NCBI GenBank assembly: GCA_040954595.2
Contig: CM082588.2
Location: forward strand, 2,516,144 to 2,580,143
Source of the DNA: Balanoglossus misakiensis
Lineage: Eukaryota > Animalia > Hemichordata
Direction: 5' to 3'
DNA length: 64,000 bases
In this document: piece by piece, positions 13,501 through 29,030 of the stretch
Layout: each line of letters opens with the position of its first letter
Position numbering within the stretch: the stretch's first letter is position 1
Notes under the pieces: model-generated
Seen by the model: the letters and a program-made list of their open reading frames with translations, nothing else
The model's database searches: none
What the model was told of the DNA's origin: nothing
Translations under genes and position numbers: made by a program

Positions 13501-14200
13501 TCATGGCTGCTTGTGAGAGCGCCGCGAACGTTTCCAAGCATCGCTTAAATCAAGTCCTTTCACGACTTCTCTGCCTGCATATCGCCAGTGTCTTGGCTTG
13601 GATTTCTTTCTGCTGTCATCTCGTTGGCTGAGAAGGATTTGGTGATATTTAGACGCGTCAGGGGCCGTTCCTGCCACCGGCAACATATTGCGTGATAGCT
13701 CTTTGACGATTTGCCGAAGTTCGTCGAAGGTGCCCGCTTGGAATTCACCCTTCTCTGCGCCGGTCGTTGGGTGACGGACCGCTTGGTTGGCATCGTCTGT
13801 AGCACCAACGAAGACATCGGTCTCGGTCAGGTCGTTGGTGTTTCGGTGTTCGCTGCTTGGGTTGCTTGGTAGCTTTACACCTTGCACATGAGTAGTTGAG
13901 GAACAATGACCGACCAAGCAATGCATCATAACTGTCGTAATAAATAGAACATATCGCCTGAAATAAATAAAGGAAACGAGATTATCCAATTTTACTTTCA
14001 TATTGGAATTTGGCCACCCTTTGAATTCTAGTTAGAAGTTTTGGCAAACTTTTCCAAAATAAAATTACAATTCGTCATGCATACATGCACTGACAAATAT
14101 GGGTTGATAGACATCCTTACATATATGTACAACATACTGTCTTAGGGATTTCGAACGAAAGTATAGAACATTCTTGCCGATGCTGGGAGATGATCAGCAT
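13501..14200 (-). CDS. Putative secreted prepro-peptide (neuropeptide-precursor-like), 152 or 178 aa
   Basis: An exon ending at 14121 (GTAAGG donor) joins exon 13957-13501, creating AT|G and MRYVLFITTVMMHCLVGHCSS (signal-peptide-like). An upstream in-frame ATG exists at 14200. The C-terminal region is RKK-SKPRHWRYA-GR-EVVKGLDLSDAW-KR-SRR. Confidence 0.65.
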
Positions 14201-16325
14201 GTCTAAAATGTGATGTCGTGACAATCTGATATCGCTCTCAGTATTATCGTCGTGGTCAATTCACTCGGCTCTTTGCGCAATTGAAAAAACGGAGTTAGAT
14301 CCCTGCAAAGAATAGCTACTCGTATACATCCCCTCCTCGGATACACTTTTTCACAATTGCTCTATCCAGGTAAAAATCAATGGGATTTGTTTTCTATCAA
14401 CATGAAGTGTTCCGTTCTTCTTCATCTTCTTCTTTTGTCAATTGTATGAAGAAGGGCCTCAAACAACAGTCCACTTTTGACTGTCAGCAACATTTGACCA
14501 CTTGAAATCATCGGCTCGTGAGGAAATCACATGTTTAGATGTTAACACCAACTTGTGAAATATCGAGGAGCATCATTGAGGTATACGATTTGTATAACCG
14601 ACGACGTACATGGTGACGATAGATGTTTGGAACAATGAAATGCCTTTTACCGCAACAGATGAACATAGCATATGAAAACGGTTTGCTCATTCGCAAAAAA
14701 AATGCCGAGATAATCACGCCTTTGATTTATCAAGAGAAAAGTCTAATTGCCACAAAGACTGTCTGTAATTGTCCAAACATAATGAAAGTTCTTTTTTGGG
14801 GGGTTTGATGAAATATTTCTGCCAGGGATTCTACGCGTAAGCTTATACAGATGAACAATGAAAGTAAAGTATGTGACTCGAAAATCAATGCAAAGTCTTT
14901 GAATATTTCCCCACATTTTGCCCAAAGCAACTTAAGATTCGCTTTTTTTAAAGTGTAAATAAAAATGACGGTAACCGAATTTTGAATGGGAGAGCAAACT
15001 TTCTAAAATTTGTAACGATACAAAATAGCCAATCTCTGTGTTAACTCTAGAGACTTAGTATTGATTTGTAACAGTGCCTACCTGCTCCCCGAGTACATCA
15101 CCATCTTGCTGCATTCGCTGAGTTGTATAGACTGAGAAAGATTTTATATCATCTTAAATAAATATGAAGAAATTGTAAAAGAAGTGCTCTGGGAAGGATC
15201 CATTTACGCGGGGGAGGGGTATCTGTGAGTACTCAACATTGAAAGTGTGAACAGTTATACATTTGTATTTCTTTGAAACCCAATGAATTCTGCGTAGAAT
15301 GACGTTGTTCTGATTGGGTTAACGACTTCTAAGGAACTTCTACGCAGTCTCCGCTTTACATATTGTTTTCATGCATTGATGGTTTTAATTAACGACGAAC
15401 TTGAGTACACGTGGGCGTTCAAGGATTGTCATTGACGTCATGTATTGAAGAAGACCCATTATGAATGAAATAATTAGTAAATGTTGACGTACAAGAACAT
15501 ACACAATGGAAGTAATCTTCAATGCATAAAATATTTACAGGAACTACTTCTCTACATAAAAAACAAACAAATGGAAACTGAATGTCCAATCGCTTTACTG
15601 TTATAATATGAAGAAAAATTAATTTGTCAGAACAATAAAAGTATCAGTGGCCACAGCTCTTGTCTCACTTTTTACGTGCAGGGGTATAGAATGTTTTATG
15701 GTTCCGTCCATACGTTTTATAAACGTGTCTGTCAATATAAAAGATGTGATGATGTCAGTTATGCCTGTTGCTTGAACCCTGAACCCTGGATTACAATATA
15801 ATGAGCTCTACCATGTGTGGCGATAGGTCATTGACCAGGTTGTCATTGCCGTTGTTCAAACTGGAGCGAGGTGGAATATCATTACGTAAGTAACAATAAA
15901 ACAAAGAACCAGACAGGACATAACGGTGGTTTTGGAACTTGGAAGAAGGTGACTACAGAGATGTCAGCGAAATTCGAGCTCATTGTTCTGATGTCTGTGG
16001 TCAGTATAGTATGCGACGACTGGACTTAGTCTAGTATCTACCCGTATTTTGTCCGCTTTGTTTTCCCAATGATTGGACAAAGGATATACATATGCATGTG
16101 TAATTAAGGATAGGTAACATTTTTAATTCAAATTAGCCCTGCCTTCACACCCAATCACCATTGTTCACTTAATGTGATTGACTTCAGAGGGACGCTATTG
16201 TTACATCAGAATTCCCAGGGTATCATGTTTAATTGGGCCAGTGGCATGGTTGAAGCTGGACTGTACAGTGACCAGAAACATGGCGGAACAATAAACTCTT
16301 GCGTTGACCGGGGAACATTTTCGAC

Positions 16326-19300
16326 ATGTTACAATTTGACGATGTGCTGAAGTACTTCCTGGGCGAATTCGGCACCTATCAGAAATTATGTTTCTTTCTG
16401 CTGGGACTGGTATCGCTGACTCCAGTACTGCAGATGTTGGCGCCGGTCTATATTCTGGCCGAAACAGACCACTGGTGCGTGGTGCCTGCCACAGAAAACA
16501 TAAGCCATTTGTTTTGCCTAAACGGGACCGACGTTGAGTACGAATGCAATGCTAGCCCTGATGAGGTCAAGACCCGAACTATTCCCCGTGAACTCGTCTA
16601 CGACGGGTGTGATAACACTCTGCATTTCAGCAAGTGCAAACGTTATGACGTAGGTATGGATGACATTATGCAGCCGTCTGCCCCGGAGCCTTACTTCAAC
16701 CGCACTACTCGATGTGACATGGCATGGGAATACGACAAGTCCCAGTATGAAGCAACCGTCACCCAAAAGGTAAGAACGGTGCCAGTGTCATCACTGAAGC
16801 CACACTATTAAAGGTCGACAATCGTCTTATGCGCATGTCCGTAATTGCGTGTGTACAAACCGTCTACGTCCAATCCAAATGTTCTGCAAATTGTACGTTC
16901 ATACATATATGTACGAACTACCAGCACATATCAGTCTACCCAGGGACGCATACTAATTTTACACCTGGTTTTCATTATGAAATCTTTGAAAACTTCGTTA
17001 CACCATATTCACCACATTGTATCAGCAGATTGACTAATTAATCGTGACGTTGGTGTCTTTTATTTTCAGTTTGATCTAGTTTGCGACCGGTATTTCTTAA
17101 ATGCGCTCCCGGCGTCGATATTTATGCTTGGGAATCTCTTTGGATCAATCATATTTGGAGTAATCATGGACAAGTAAGATACTAATTAACGTTGTGACAT
17201 GTCATTGACTCCAGGATGGAGGATGTTTTAATATAACTCTATCAGATAATCCAGAGTGCGGTTTGAGTCTAGGGTAAAATACACTATCTCTACGGGAAAA
17301 AGAGTCCATTTTTGTATGGAAGAACCCCACTCCCCGTATGATTTACCGGCAATCGCTAAAACAAAGTTACACCTAGAAAACTGATGACTTCTTCTGTTTG
17401 AAGGTACGGGCGCATACCAGGTCTGATTCTCAGCATCATATTCACCCTGATCTTCGGCATTCTTCAAGCATTCCCCGCGAACTATTCAATGTTTATTGTG
17501 ACGAGGTTTTTGCTGTCTGTTTGCTGTCACACCGTGGTCGGCTTCGTCTTGGGTAAGTCATATATATTTTATGGAAAGTTAAGAGATTGGTGAAGGCATC
17601 TGTACAAGTTATGTGTCGAATGTTGAATGTGCAATGCATGTTTCCAAAATTCATAACAAGTGAAACAAATCATATACTTCTGTTTTTAAGCAACCGAATT
17701 GGTGGGCCCGCACAGACGCACTGTAGTTGGTATGATTTACAACTTATTCTACTCCATCGGTTACATGCTCCTGACGTTGTACGCCTACTTCATACGTGAT
17801 TGGCAAACACTACAACTGGTCATAACTGTCCCGCACGTTTTATGCCTGGTCTTTTTATGGTAAGCAACAAGTTCTATACGCAATTGAGTTTACTCAAAAG
17901 CCTGGATGGACGTGTTAACTTCGAAGTCCACACGTATGTCATAAAACATGTGATAACATATATAGACCATTGCATAACATTGACGTACATGTAGTTGCTC
18001 GGTGCTTTCTGCTGAAGCTTCTTGTCCCCATGGTGATCGCGGGAGCAGTTCAAGAATTTTCTTACACTACTTGCAGGATAATCCCAGAATCGCCAAGATG
18101 GTTATTAGCTGTGAGACGATTCGACGAGGCTGAGAACATTGTTGGAAGGTGGGCTAGAATCAACAGAGTCAATATACCCGCAGATCTGTTTGATGAGACA
18201 CGGGAATCTAGCAATAATGGCAAGGTTAGTGCTAAGGCTACATCTCACATGTTGAATCATTTTCCGAGGCTGATGGTCATGGTCACAATACATCACACTT
18301 TCACGTATTGCCTTGTTTGTTTTAAAGGATGCAGCCCAATCAAAAGGTTCCCTCAGAAAGGACGCTTTCAATTTGTTTTTGCTGCCGAACATGAGGAAGA
18401 AAACACTCTGCTTAATATATATTTGGTAAGAGACTTCAGGTGACGTGTTGATATCAGGTGAAGTCTGCTGTTGAAAGTTTATTGACGTAATGATGTTTTG
18501 GCTGATTGTGAAGCTTGGTTATTTGACACATTTACGTTCCATTCAGCAGAGAATGTGGTCTGAAATATTAACTGAAACAGCAAAAGAGCCAATAATGGTC
18601 ATCGTTAAGTAAGAGACTTGTTTCTCTATGGGGCTGGAAATCAATATGGCGGACCAAATTACCAACATTGCAACCGGAAGTAAAAAAGCTTAGGTCATAG
18701 GGGTCATGCAAGTAGCAATTCTTTTCCTTGAAATTTACCTTCAAATAAGCATCTTAATGAGGCACTTTCTCTTTGGGTTTCTAGGCTCGTGAATACTCTA
18801 GTGTATTTCGGAATATCCTTCAACACTTCTGCACTGTCGGGGAATGACTACATGAACGCCTTCCTCTCAGCTCTGGTCGAAATCCCAGCGACCTTCATTG
18901 CCATATGGATGATGGAATTCCCCTATTTCGGACGGCGATGGTCGCTGTTTATCACCATGACAGTGGGCGGCGTAGCATGCATTTGTGCCGCTTTGGTGCC
19001 TTCATGTGAGTATATATAGTTGGTGGTCTTTAAGAAATATTCAAATTATGAAACCTTGTAGGCCCCCTATGTTTTTGAATCAATGTACTTCCATGATGAA
19101 CATACATGTACCTATACATTTAGACTTGTTGTACCTTCTGTTAAAACCTGCAGGCGGGGATACGTCTTGGCTGGAACTTGTCTTCGCGTTGATCGGGAAA
19201 TGTGCGATCACAGCCTCATATGGAATGGTTTACATATTTACAGTGGAGTTGTTCCCGACTCCAGTAAGGTGAGAAATGCAGACAGACAGACGGACAGAAG

Positions 19301-19750
19301 TTATGTTCTAGCCCCTTTCTTGTGATCAATAATAATGACAACGATAATTATCAACTCTCTGATTTAGGTCAATTGGGTTTGGTCTGTGTTCTTTGTTCTC
19401 CTGCCTGGGAGGAATACTCGCTCCGCAGTTACTACTCTTCAACAGGGTTTGGAAACCTCTTCCTTTCATCGTATTTGGTGTGACGTCCATTCTTGGTGGC
19501 ATTTTGACGCTGCCTTTGCCCGAAACTAGAAACCAGAAACTGCCAGAGACGATGGAAGAGGGAGAACGGTTTGGAAGGTGAGGATTTTTTGAAATCCATT
19601 TACCCTTAATAATAGTGGTGCGGTTGATTGCGTCAGTTTTCTGTCGTGTAACTAATTACATGTACTAAATGTTTTCTTACCAACCTCAGGAAATCGTCCA
19701 GGAGAGGTAACGTCCCTGGATATGAACAACAAGAAATGGCAGAGATATGA
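16326..19750 (+). CDS. SLC22 organic cation transporter-like protein, copy A
   Basis: MLQFDDVLKYFLGEFGTYQK, HWC, WEYDKSQY..TV, FDLVCDR, TELVGP..R, IPESPRWL, ELFPTPVR and LPETRNQKLPETMEEGE motifs across GT-AG exons. TGA at 19748-19750. Confidence 0.93.
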
Positions 19751-20225
19751 GAACAACGACTTCTTCGCAATATAAGACGTCCGTTGGCGCGGTCACTCCC
19801 AATACGTGCAGACCGACTTGGAAATTTTAAGGTGGGTTCCTGGCACGAACAAAGCTGCTTGTTCCGCAATATGGCCGCACCTACTCGCTTGGAAAAAATC
19901 AGCCTACGCGCGGTGAAGGGAAAAACGTTCCTGAAAACAGCATTTTCCACCTGTGGAACTTTCATTAACATCTTGTCGACGAACTGGAACCGAGATTAAT
20001 TTTCGCACGTTGCATTCTTTGATTACCTGTTATCATACATGGACTGTGCCATCAAATCAGTACTACCTTCATGTAAATATTACATGAAAGCTATAGAAGT
20101 ATCATGTAGCATGATTCTTTATTTCATAAAAAGGACAATATCCGACAAATGAACTCCTGACCACTATCCCGTGACCGCAAATCTTAGGCACTGTGAAACT
20201 AAAACTTAAGCAAATGGCAACTCGT

Positions 20226-23200
20226 TTATAAATGAGACATTTCACTGTAATCAACCCTGTAGTGTGTTCCCTTTTTGTGAGTTTTCCTGTTGAGAGAAAA
20301 AAAAAGACAATTGACAATTTCTGTGCAAGGTTTAAGGGGGAAAAACATGGCGCTCACAGTTTACAAGAATACTGATATTATAACCTTTACCAGGAAGTGG
20401 TGACAACCAATGGTTGATATACTTACTTCCCGAACTGTTCTCCCTCTTCCATGGTCTCCGGCAGTTTCTCATTCCTTGTTTCGGGCAACGGCAGTGCCAG
20501 AACCCCGGCAATGATGGCTGTCACTCCGTAGATGACGAACGGAAGGGGAACCCAGATATTGCCGAGGTGCAAGGTCTGCGGCGCGGCGATTCCTCCAATG
20601 CACGAGGCCATGGAACACAGCCCTATAGCTGTAGATCTGTTGGAATAAAATTCCTTGTTTTGCAGTTTTTATTGATGTAACTAAGGAGATCTTCTGGCTT
20701 GTCTATGCCAGGGTATTCTTTTCCTCGTCAATCAACTCAATTCTATTTGGATGATGCATTTTTTAGATACGCCTGGCCAATTATACTTCTACTGACCTTA
20801 CAGGGGTGGGGAACAATTCAGCCGCGTAGACGTAAATCATGCCATATGATGACGTGATTGCAAATTTGCCAATCATTGCGAAAGTTATTTCCATCCAGGA
20901 TAGGTCTCCACCTTTACGTTATGATAGAAAAAAAAACAAAAACAAACTCATATACGGAAATATTCCCACACAATTAAGTTATCGGACTCAGACATCATAA
21001 ATCTACTGCTCTTATCACCGTCACCGCAACTCAGCGTACCCTGATCAGCTACAGTCATCAACCATTCTTGACTTTTAGCAAAAAACACTGTTTAATAAAT
21101 CATTAACTTTTTGGTTAAAATTTAGGAGTTTAATTACACGCGGGTATTAGCACAGCACAAATGCACCCTATGCCACTAAGCACCATTGTGATAAACAGCG
21201 ACCATCGACGTCCAAGGTATCGGAAATCCATCATCAATATGCCGATGGCGTAGGCAGGGATTTCAACCAAAGCTGATAGGAAGGCGTTGACATAGTCGTC
21301 GCCAGCAAACGAAGAAGTGTTGTAGGATATTCCAAAGTAGACCAGGCTATTGACGGCCCTGGGAGAAAAAATGTGTAAAATTTCAACTAGTGATACCTCC
21401 CTTGGCTAGGCAAGTTGGTGCCGTACGTTGTGGGTTTGCGAGTCCTGTTAGATACTCATATTCAGGATATGCCTGCAACATGGTGTGATCAGCACTTCAA
21501 TAATTCAAACTGTGTTTTTACCCTCCTTTTTGAAGATGTGAGCTTACCAGATATACAACATAATCAGTGTTTTCTTCCTAAGGTTAGGTAAACGGAACAA
21601 GTCCAGCATGCCATTGTTAGCCGAGCTTTCTGCTTGCGTTGTGATCGCATATTCTTCTTTGCCCTGTGGATCAGATAGACACAACACTCAGAATCAGATA
21701 GGCTGTTTTCAATGTTTCGCGTCCATAAAGATTTAACAGCAGATGATTGCCTCATACTTGCGGTTTCCACGTCCCGTCAAATAAATTGACAGGAATTTTC
21801 ACTTTGTTGATTCTGGCGCATTTTCGAATGATCTTCTCCGCCTCTTCATCTTTTCCGGAAGACAGCAGCCATCTTGGCGATTCGGGAAGAATGCTGCAAA
21901 GAGAGTGCGCTTTGCTGAACACGTACAAATACTATTGCAAGGAGAAAGTAAAATGTTGATGTTCTGAAAGTTCTAGATTATTTTCCAAGTCAGTAGGAAA
22001 ACGTCAGCGTAATAAGCTTTTCTATACGGACTTCATGGCAGGGATATTTTTTCTCTCCAACAAGAGAAATTCCCCTTTAGATACAAGGGAGTGCGTAAAG
22101 CACATCGCCTTACCACTTGTACGTCAAGAACAAAATGCTGGGGATGGTGATGACCAGCTGAAGAATCCACCATTCGCGGATGAAATAGGCGTACAACGTC
22201 AGCAGCATGTAGCCAACACTGTAGAACATTGGATACACCATGCCGGCGATCGTGCGTTTACTGGAACCTATGTATTCAGTGGCTGGATGTGAGTAATAAT
22301 AGTAAGACTTGTAATTTTCGCGTTTGTGTAACTGGAATGCCAAAATTTACAATTAGTCAAGGAAACTCATAATTGTTAATTTTAAAAAAAGAATGTGGCC
22401 ATTAGTAGTTAAGTTATGTTTCTCATATTACAACACAGATATCTTATAAACTCACCAAAAATGAACCCGGCCATGTAAACTGAGTATGACGTCACAGACA
22501 GAAGAAACCGAACAATCAAAAACATGACGTAGTTCACTGGAAAAGCCTGAATAACCCCCAAAATGACCATAAGCGTAATCGAGAGCATTAAACCAGTCAT
22601 GCGACCATATCTGCAAAATATAAAAGTGGAAATATTGTAACAAGATACTAAGTTACGCACTCAAATTAACAAGAGATTTTTTAAAGTGCTTACCTGTCCA
22701 TGATGAGCCCGTACGCCAGGGATCCAACTAGATTCCCCGACATGTACACGGATGTTGCTATTGAGTTCAGGTGATATCGGTCACAAACCAAATCAAACTG
22801 AAAAAAAAAACATCACATAACTTGTAAGTAAAACATCAGATCACAAGTGCAATGATAAAAAACAGCAATACAGAATAACGAGAAGAAATTATGAAAAGGA
22901 TATTACGTATTCATTTGTGTCAAATCCCTTGGTAACACTGATTTCTTTTTATTTACGCTTGTTTTGGAAGACGTGTTACATAAGGAAAAAGTCTGAGTTT
23001 TGGAATCAAAAGTCTTTACTTGTGACTGCGAAAACTGAACTACCATATACCTACGAGCTACCTGGCGACCTTTGATCACGACCTTATGTGACCTACCTGT
23101 TGGGTGACCGTAGATTCATATTGTGATCTGTCGTACACCCAGCGGTCACATGGCAGCGTACTGTTCGTGTAAATAGTTCCATCCACGCCCACCACGTATC

Positions 23201-23492
23201 GTTCACACTGGCTGAATTCCAGCGTAGATCCACAGCCACCCACTTTGCGTTCCCGCGGTAAAGTCAGATTTTTCACCATCTCCCCACAATCCTCCGTGTA
23301 GTTTCCGTCGCACATGATGTTGTACGCAGCGGGCACTGCGCACCAGTGGTCAGTCTCTGCCTGGATGTAGACCGGCGCGAAGGTTTGCATCACCGGGACG
23401 AAGGACGTCAGCCCGATGAGGAAAAAGCAAAACTTCTGATAGGTGCCGAAGTCGCCCAACACGTGGCGTAGAACATCGTCGTATTGCAGCAT
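20226..23492 (-). CDS. SLC22 organic cation transporter-like protein, copy B (inverted paralogue)
   Basis: MLQYDDVLRHVLGDFGTYQK, FDLVCDR, LPESPRWL, ELFPTPVR and LPETRNEKLPETMEEGE motifs, with intron positions matching copy A. TAA at 20228-20226. Confidence 0.93.
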
Positions 23493-24427
23493 GGTGTGGA
23501 GTCTGTGCGATCATGAAAATACATTGAATCACAGGTGGTTTTCTGGTTAATAAGTTGCACCAAGTGCCATTGTTATGAGAAAATTACTCTTAATCAAATA
23601 TATGTTTAGATGTCACCTTGTTTGTCCTTGAATAAAATGGCACTGATCCCCCGAATAGTTTAGCAACTTATAGAATTTGGAAACATGGTCAAAAGAATGT
23701 GGTGAGCTTACTTACATGTAAGTATGCCCTCGTTCTTGCAGTTTATGTTATAGTAGAGCGTCCTCATAGGAAGATGCAAATTATGTGTCTAGATCTTAGA
23801 GAAGCATGGGGTTTAATAGCTAACCAGGCCTTATGACGCCATATGCTGTGAATGACCAGCGCAGACCCAGACTATATGGCCAATGTAGGGACGCCCAAGC
23901 TGCATATTTACACACCTACCAATCGTATTGCAAAGTTTGTTATCGAGACCTTGTTTACAGCATTTACTACTTACAAATGGTCACGTACGTCACAAGCTAC
24001 TGATTTATCGTTTTTAGCCACCTTACAATTTAATAAAATACTAACCAGGACTGTGAACTAACATAGAATCTGTACAAGCGCATGTGCATCCTACCTAGCA
24101 ACCCAGGCTCCAAATGTTCTTTACGAGCCAAGAATTTGAGAATGAATGACAGGTCGGATACAATTTGAGAGCTTGGATGGACACTATTGGACAGAAACAG
24201 CACCACAATCAGGCTTTCCAAGATGATTTGGTGCTTCGACATTCATCGTCCGCTAGGCAGCACTGAGACGTGGCAGGACTGTGTCGGAGGCACAGGCTGT
24301 CACGTAGAGCGACCTTGTATCATTGTCAACACAATTAATGTTTATATTGTATGTCATTATGTTGAATTCTAAATAAAAACTGACAACTCGTCGCAGTTGA
24401 TATTCGAGCGTCATGTGCGTGCGTCAC

Positions 24428-24525
24428 CAATCTGATTAAAATCAGATGTAGGGAACGGCGACGTGTTTTTTTTACAGCATAAAAAAACACGTCGCCGTTC
24501 CCTACATCTGATTTTAATCAGATTG
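24428..24525. mobile_element. 98-bp fold-back MITE with perfect 45-bp arms and a 9-bp target-site duplication
   Basis: CAATCTGATTAAAATCAGATGTAGGGAACGGCGACGTGTTTTTTT (24428-24472) is the exact reverse complement of 24481-24525, with an 8-nt loop. GTGCGTCAC flanks both sides (24419-24427 and 24526-24534). Confidence 0.85.
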
Positions 24526-24677
24526 GTGCGTCACCTGCACCATGAGCACATTTAGAGTAAAGTAGTAGAGACGAGAACAAACAAACAAACAAACAAACGC
24601 ATTGCACTTCCGCGTAGTACAGTTATATTCCATGCTTAGGGTAAGAACACTCGCTCGTTGGAGAACGGCTTTAAATA

Positions 24678-26949
<2,272 letters not shown>

Positions 26950-28176
26950 GGTGCCAATTGAATGGTGGTTTCAGGCAGTACTGCAGTTACAAACCACCGA
27001 AATGGACACTGTGCAAGATTTGTCAATCCAGACTCCTTATTTTTGGTACTCTCCGTGTCAGATATTTATGTGTGTATTGACATTGTTGTGATCAAAATGA
27101 CATAATCCCCAATGCTTGTGAACAGAATAGTGTAGCGTATAGTGTTTTTGTTGTAATTTTATTTCAACCAGAAACCGACGTGTACTACATGTCAGTCTAT
27201 TTTGCATTGACATGATCCATGTCAAGATATATACGAGCATGGCACAAGTTATAATTAATAAGAATGTTTAAGTAGACACAAGCAACACTTGACTGGCTTT
27301 AGGTGAGTGTATTTGTGCTTTCCTAGTTAAATTCAAGCTGGATTATTTGACTATTTCCAATAGTCACAGGAGATGTAATATTTATGGACTTGCACATTGC
27401 CTGGATAGGCTTGTAATATTTTTTTTTAAATTGTAAAGTCGGTTTGGGTGTTGTCATGATGGATTTTCTTACTGGAAAGGTTAATGATTGGTTTTGGAGT
27501 GTAGATAAGTATAGTGATGAAATGAATGTAAATGTTTAACTTTCTGTTACATTATTTCTATCTGTAGAAGACTTTGTACATTATGTGTGCAGATACTTTA
27601 CAAAGCACATTTAGTATTTTATCACAGTTTACTTCACTGCAATGGCTATGTAGGATTATTGATTTGAAAGCTCATATATTTACTCTGTTTTGATGTTATT
27701 CCTAAATTATTCTTGATAAATCACACATACTTTTGCAGTCTGATACACAATATACCAATCACAGTGTTACTTCCAATCTGACCTAGTGCTTCCTTGTCAC
27801 TCATGAACTTGCATGTCAATTTACTGTTTCTTTTACTAATGTAAATGTATTCTCTATTTTTCAAAATCTATTTTTCTGGACAGTTGGTTTCGGAACCTCC
27901 TTTGGGATGGATGTATCCCGTCTTGCCTTGCATGAAGATTACAATAAATAATTGGAAACATGTACAGCACACTGATTCGAGTATTAGGTATTTTCACCCC
28001 TTCAGTGAGAGTTATCGTCTGCAGTCTGTGGAGCATATGCTAGAAATACTTGGGGAAATAAAACACATGAGTATGAAAGTGAAACTAAAGTAATCCGTTG
28101 TTTATGTTGAACCAGATAACAGTATCCAGGAACAGTGTTATAAGTATATTGTGTGGGAGGAAGTACTGGTTTTGTG

Positions 28177-29030
28177 TTATTCAGAGGATGTGTTTTTAGA
28201 ATGAACTTCGACTACGTGTATGACGACATTGCGTGGCGTACTCTGAGTATGAGCCTTTTCGGACTTTGGATTTACAAAATGTGAGAATGTCGCCTCTTCG
28301 TTTGCCATCTCGATGGCTGGCAGTGACGGACGCATTCTCATCCTGTTTCTACGGAAACCGGAGTTCGAACTCACTGGCTTCTTCTGACGCGGTGAGCGTT
28401 CACGGGACATCTGGATAGATTGCTCCTGTCTGGGGGTCAATCTTGGAGTGATGGTGACGCTCGTTGCTTCAACTTTCGACAACATTGTCATCAGGTCTTT
28501 CAGGGAAACGTCACGAGCGCCATCTCCGTTTTGACATCGTGATAAATCAGAAAACGTTTCATCGTCGGCGTGTGGTGGCGCGCTCTTTTCGGGGTGAACG
28601 CGTGTTCTCCTCCGTACAGTTCGTCTTCGTTTCATCCAGTCTTCGCAAGCTGCTCACAAACATAAAAGAAAAAGTACATAATGGTGAGAAAATTTGCTCG
28701 TCAAGTAAGTTTTATACCGGCAAGAAGAAGCGTGTTAAATTATAATTAATTCACCACGTTATTTCAGTTATTTTCTCTCGTTTATAACAGTCTTGAGAAT
28801 CTACACAAAAAACTTACCTTTGTAGCAATGACGTGCGATAGCCACTGCAACACCAACGAATAAAGTGAAAAATACTGCCCCTGCAAAGAAAACTGGAGAA
28901 AAAAATACAATAAGATGGTAAGGAAGTGAACAAATTATATAAAACATGAATGAATATATTAAAATATTTTGGCGAAAAACACCAATTGGTTATACTTACT
29001 GATTATTATTGTACCTGTACTGATTTGCAT
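28177..29030 (-). CDS. Uncharacterised single-pass membrane protein, paralogue 1 (192 aa)
   Basis: Exons 29030-29000 (31 nt), 28892-28818 (75 nt) and 28649-28177 give MQISTGTIIIIFFAGAVFFTLFVGVAVAIARHCYK|ACEDWMKRRR...ATFSH...HVVEVHSKNTSSE*. All introns are canonical GT-AG. Confidence 0.8.

Noticed and set aside
14760-15060. Repeat-like stretch (also ~7100-7370, ~29200-29590 and ~32936-33210)
   Set aside because: These look like non-autonomous transposon remnants, but each is single-copy in the window with no clear TIR or TSD.
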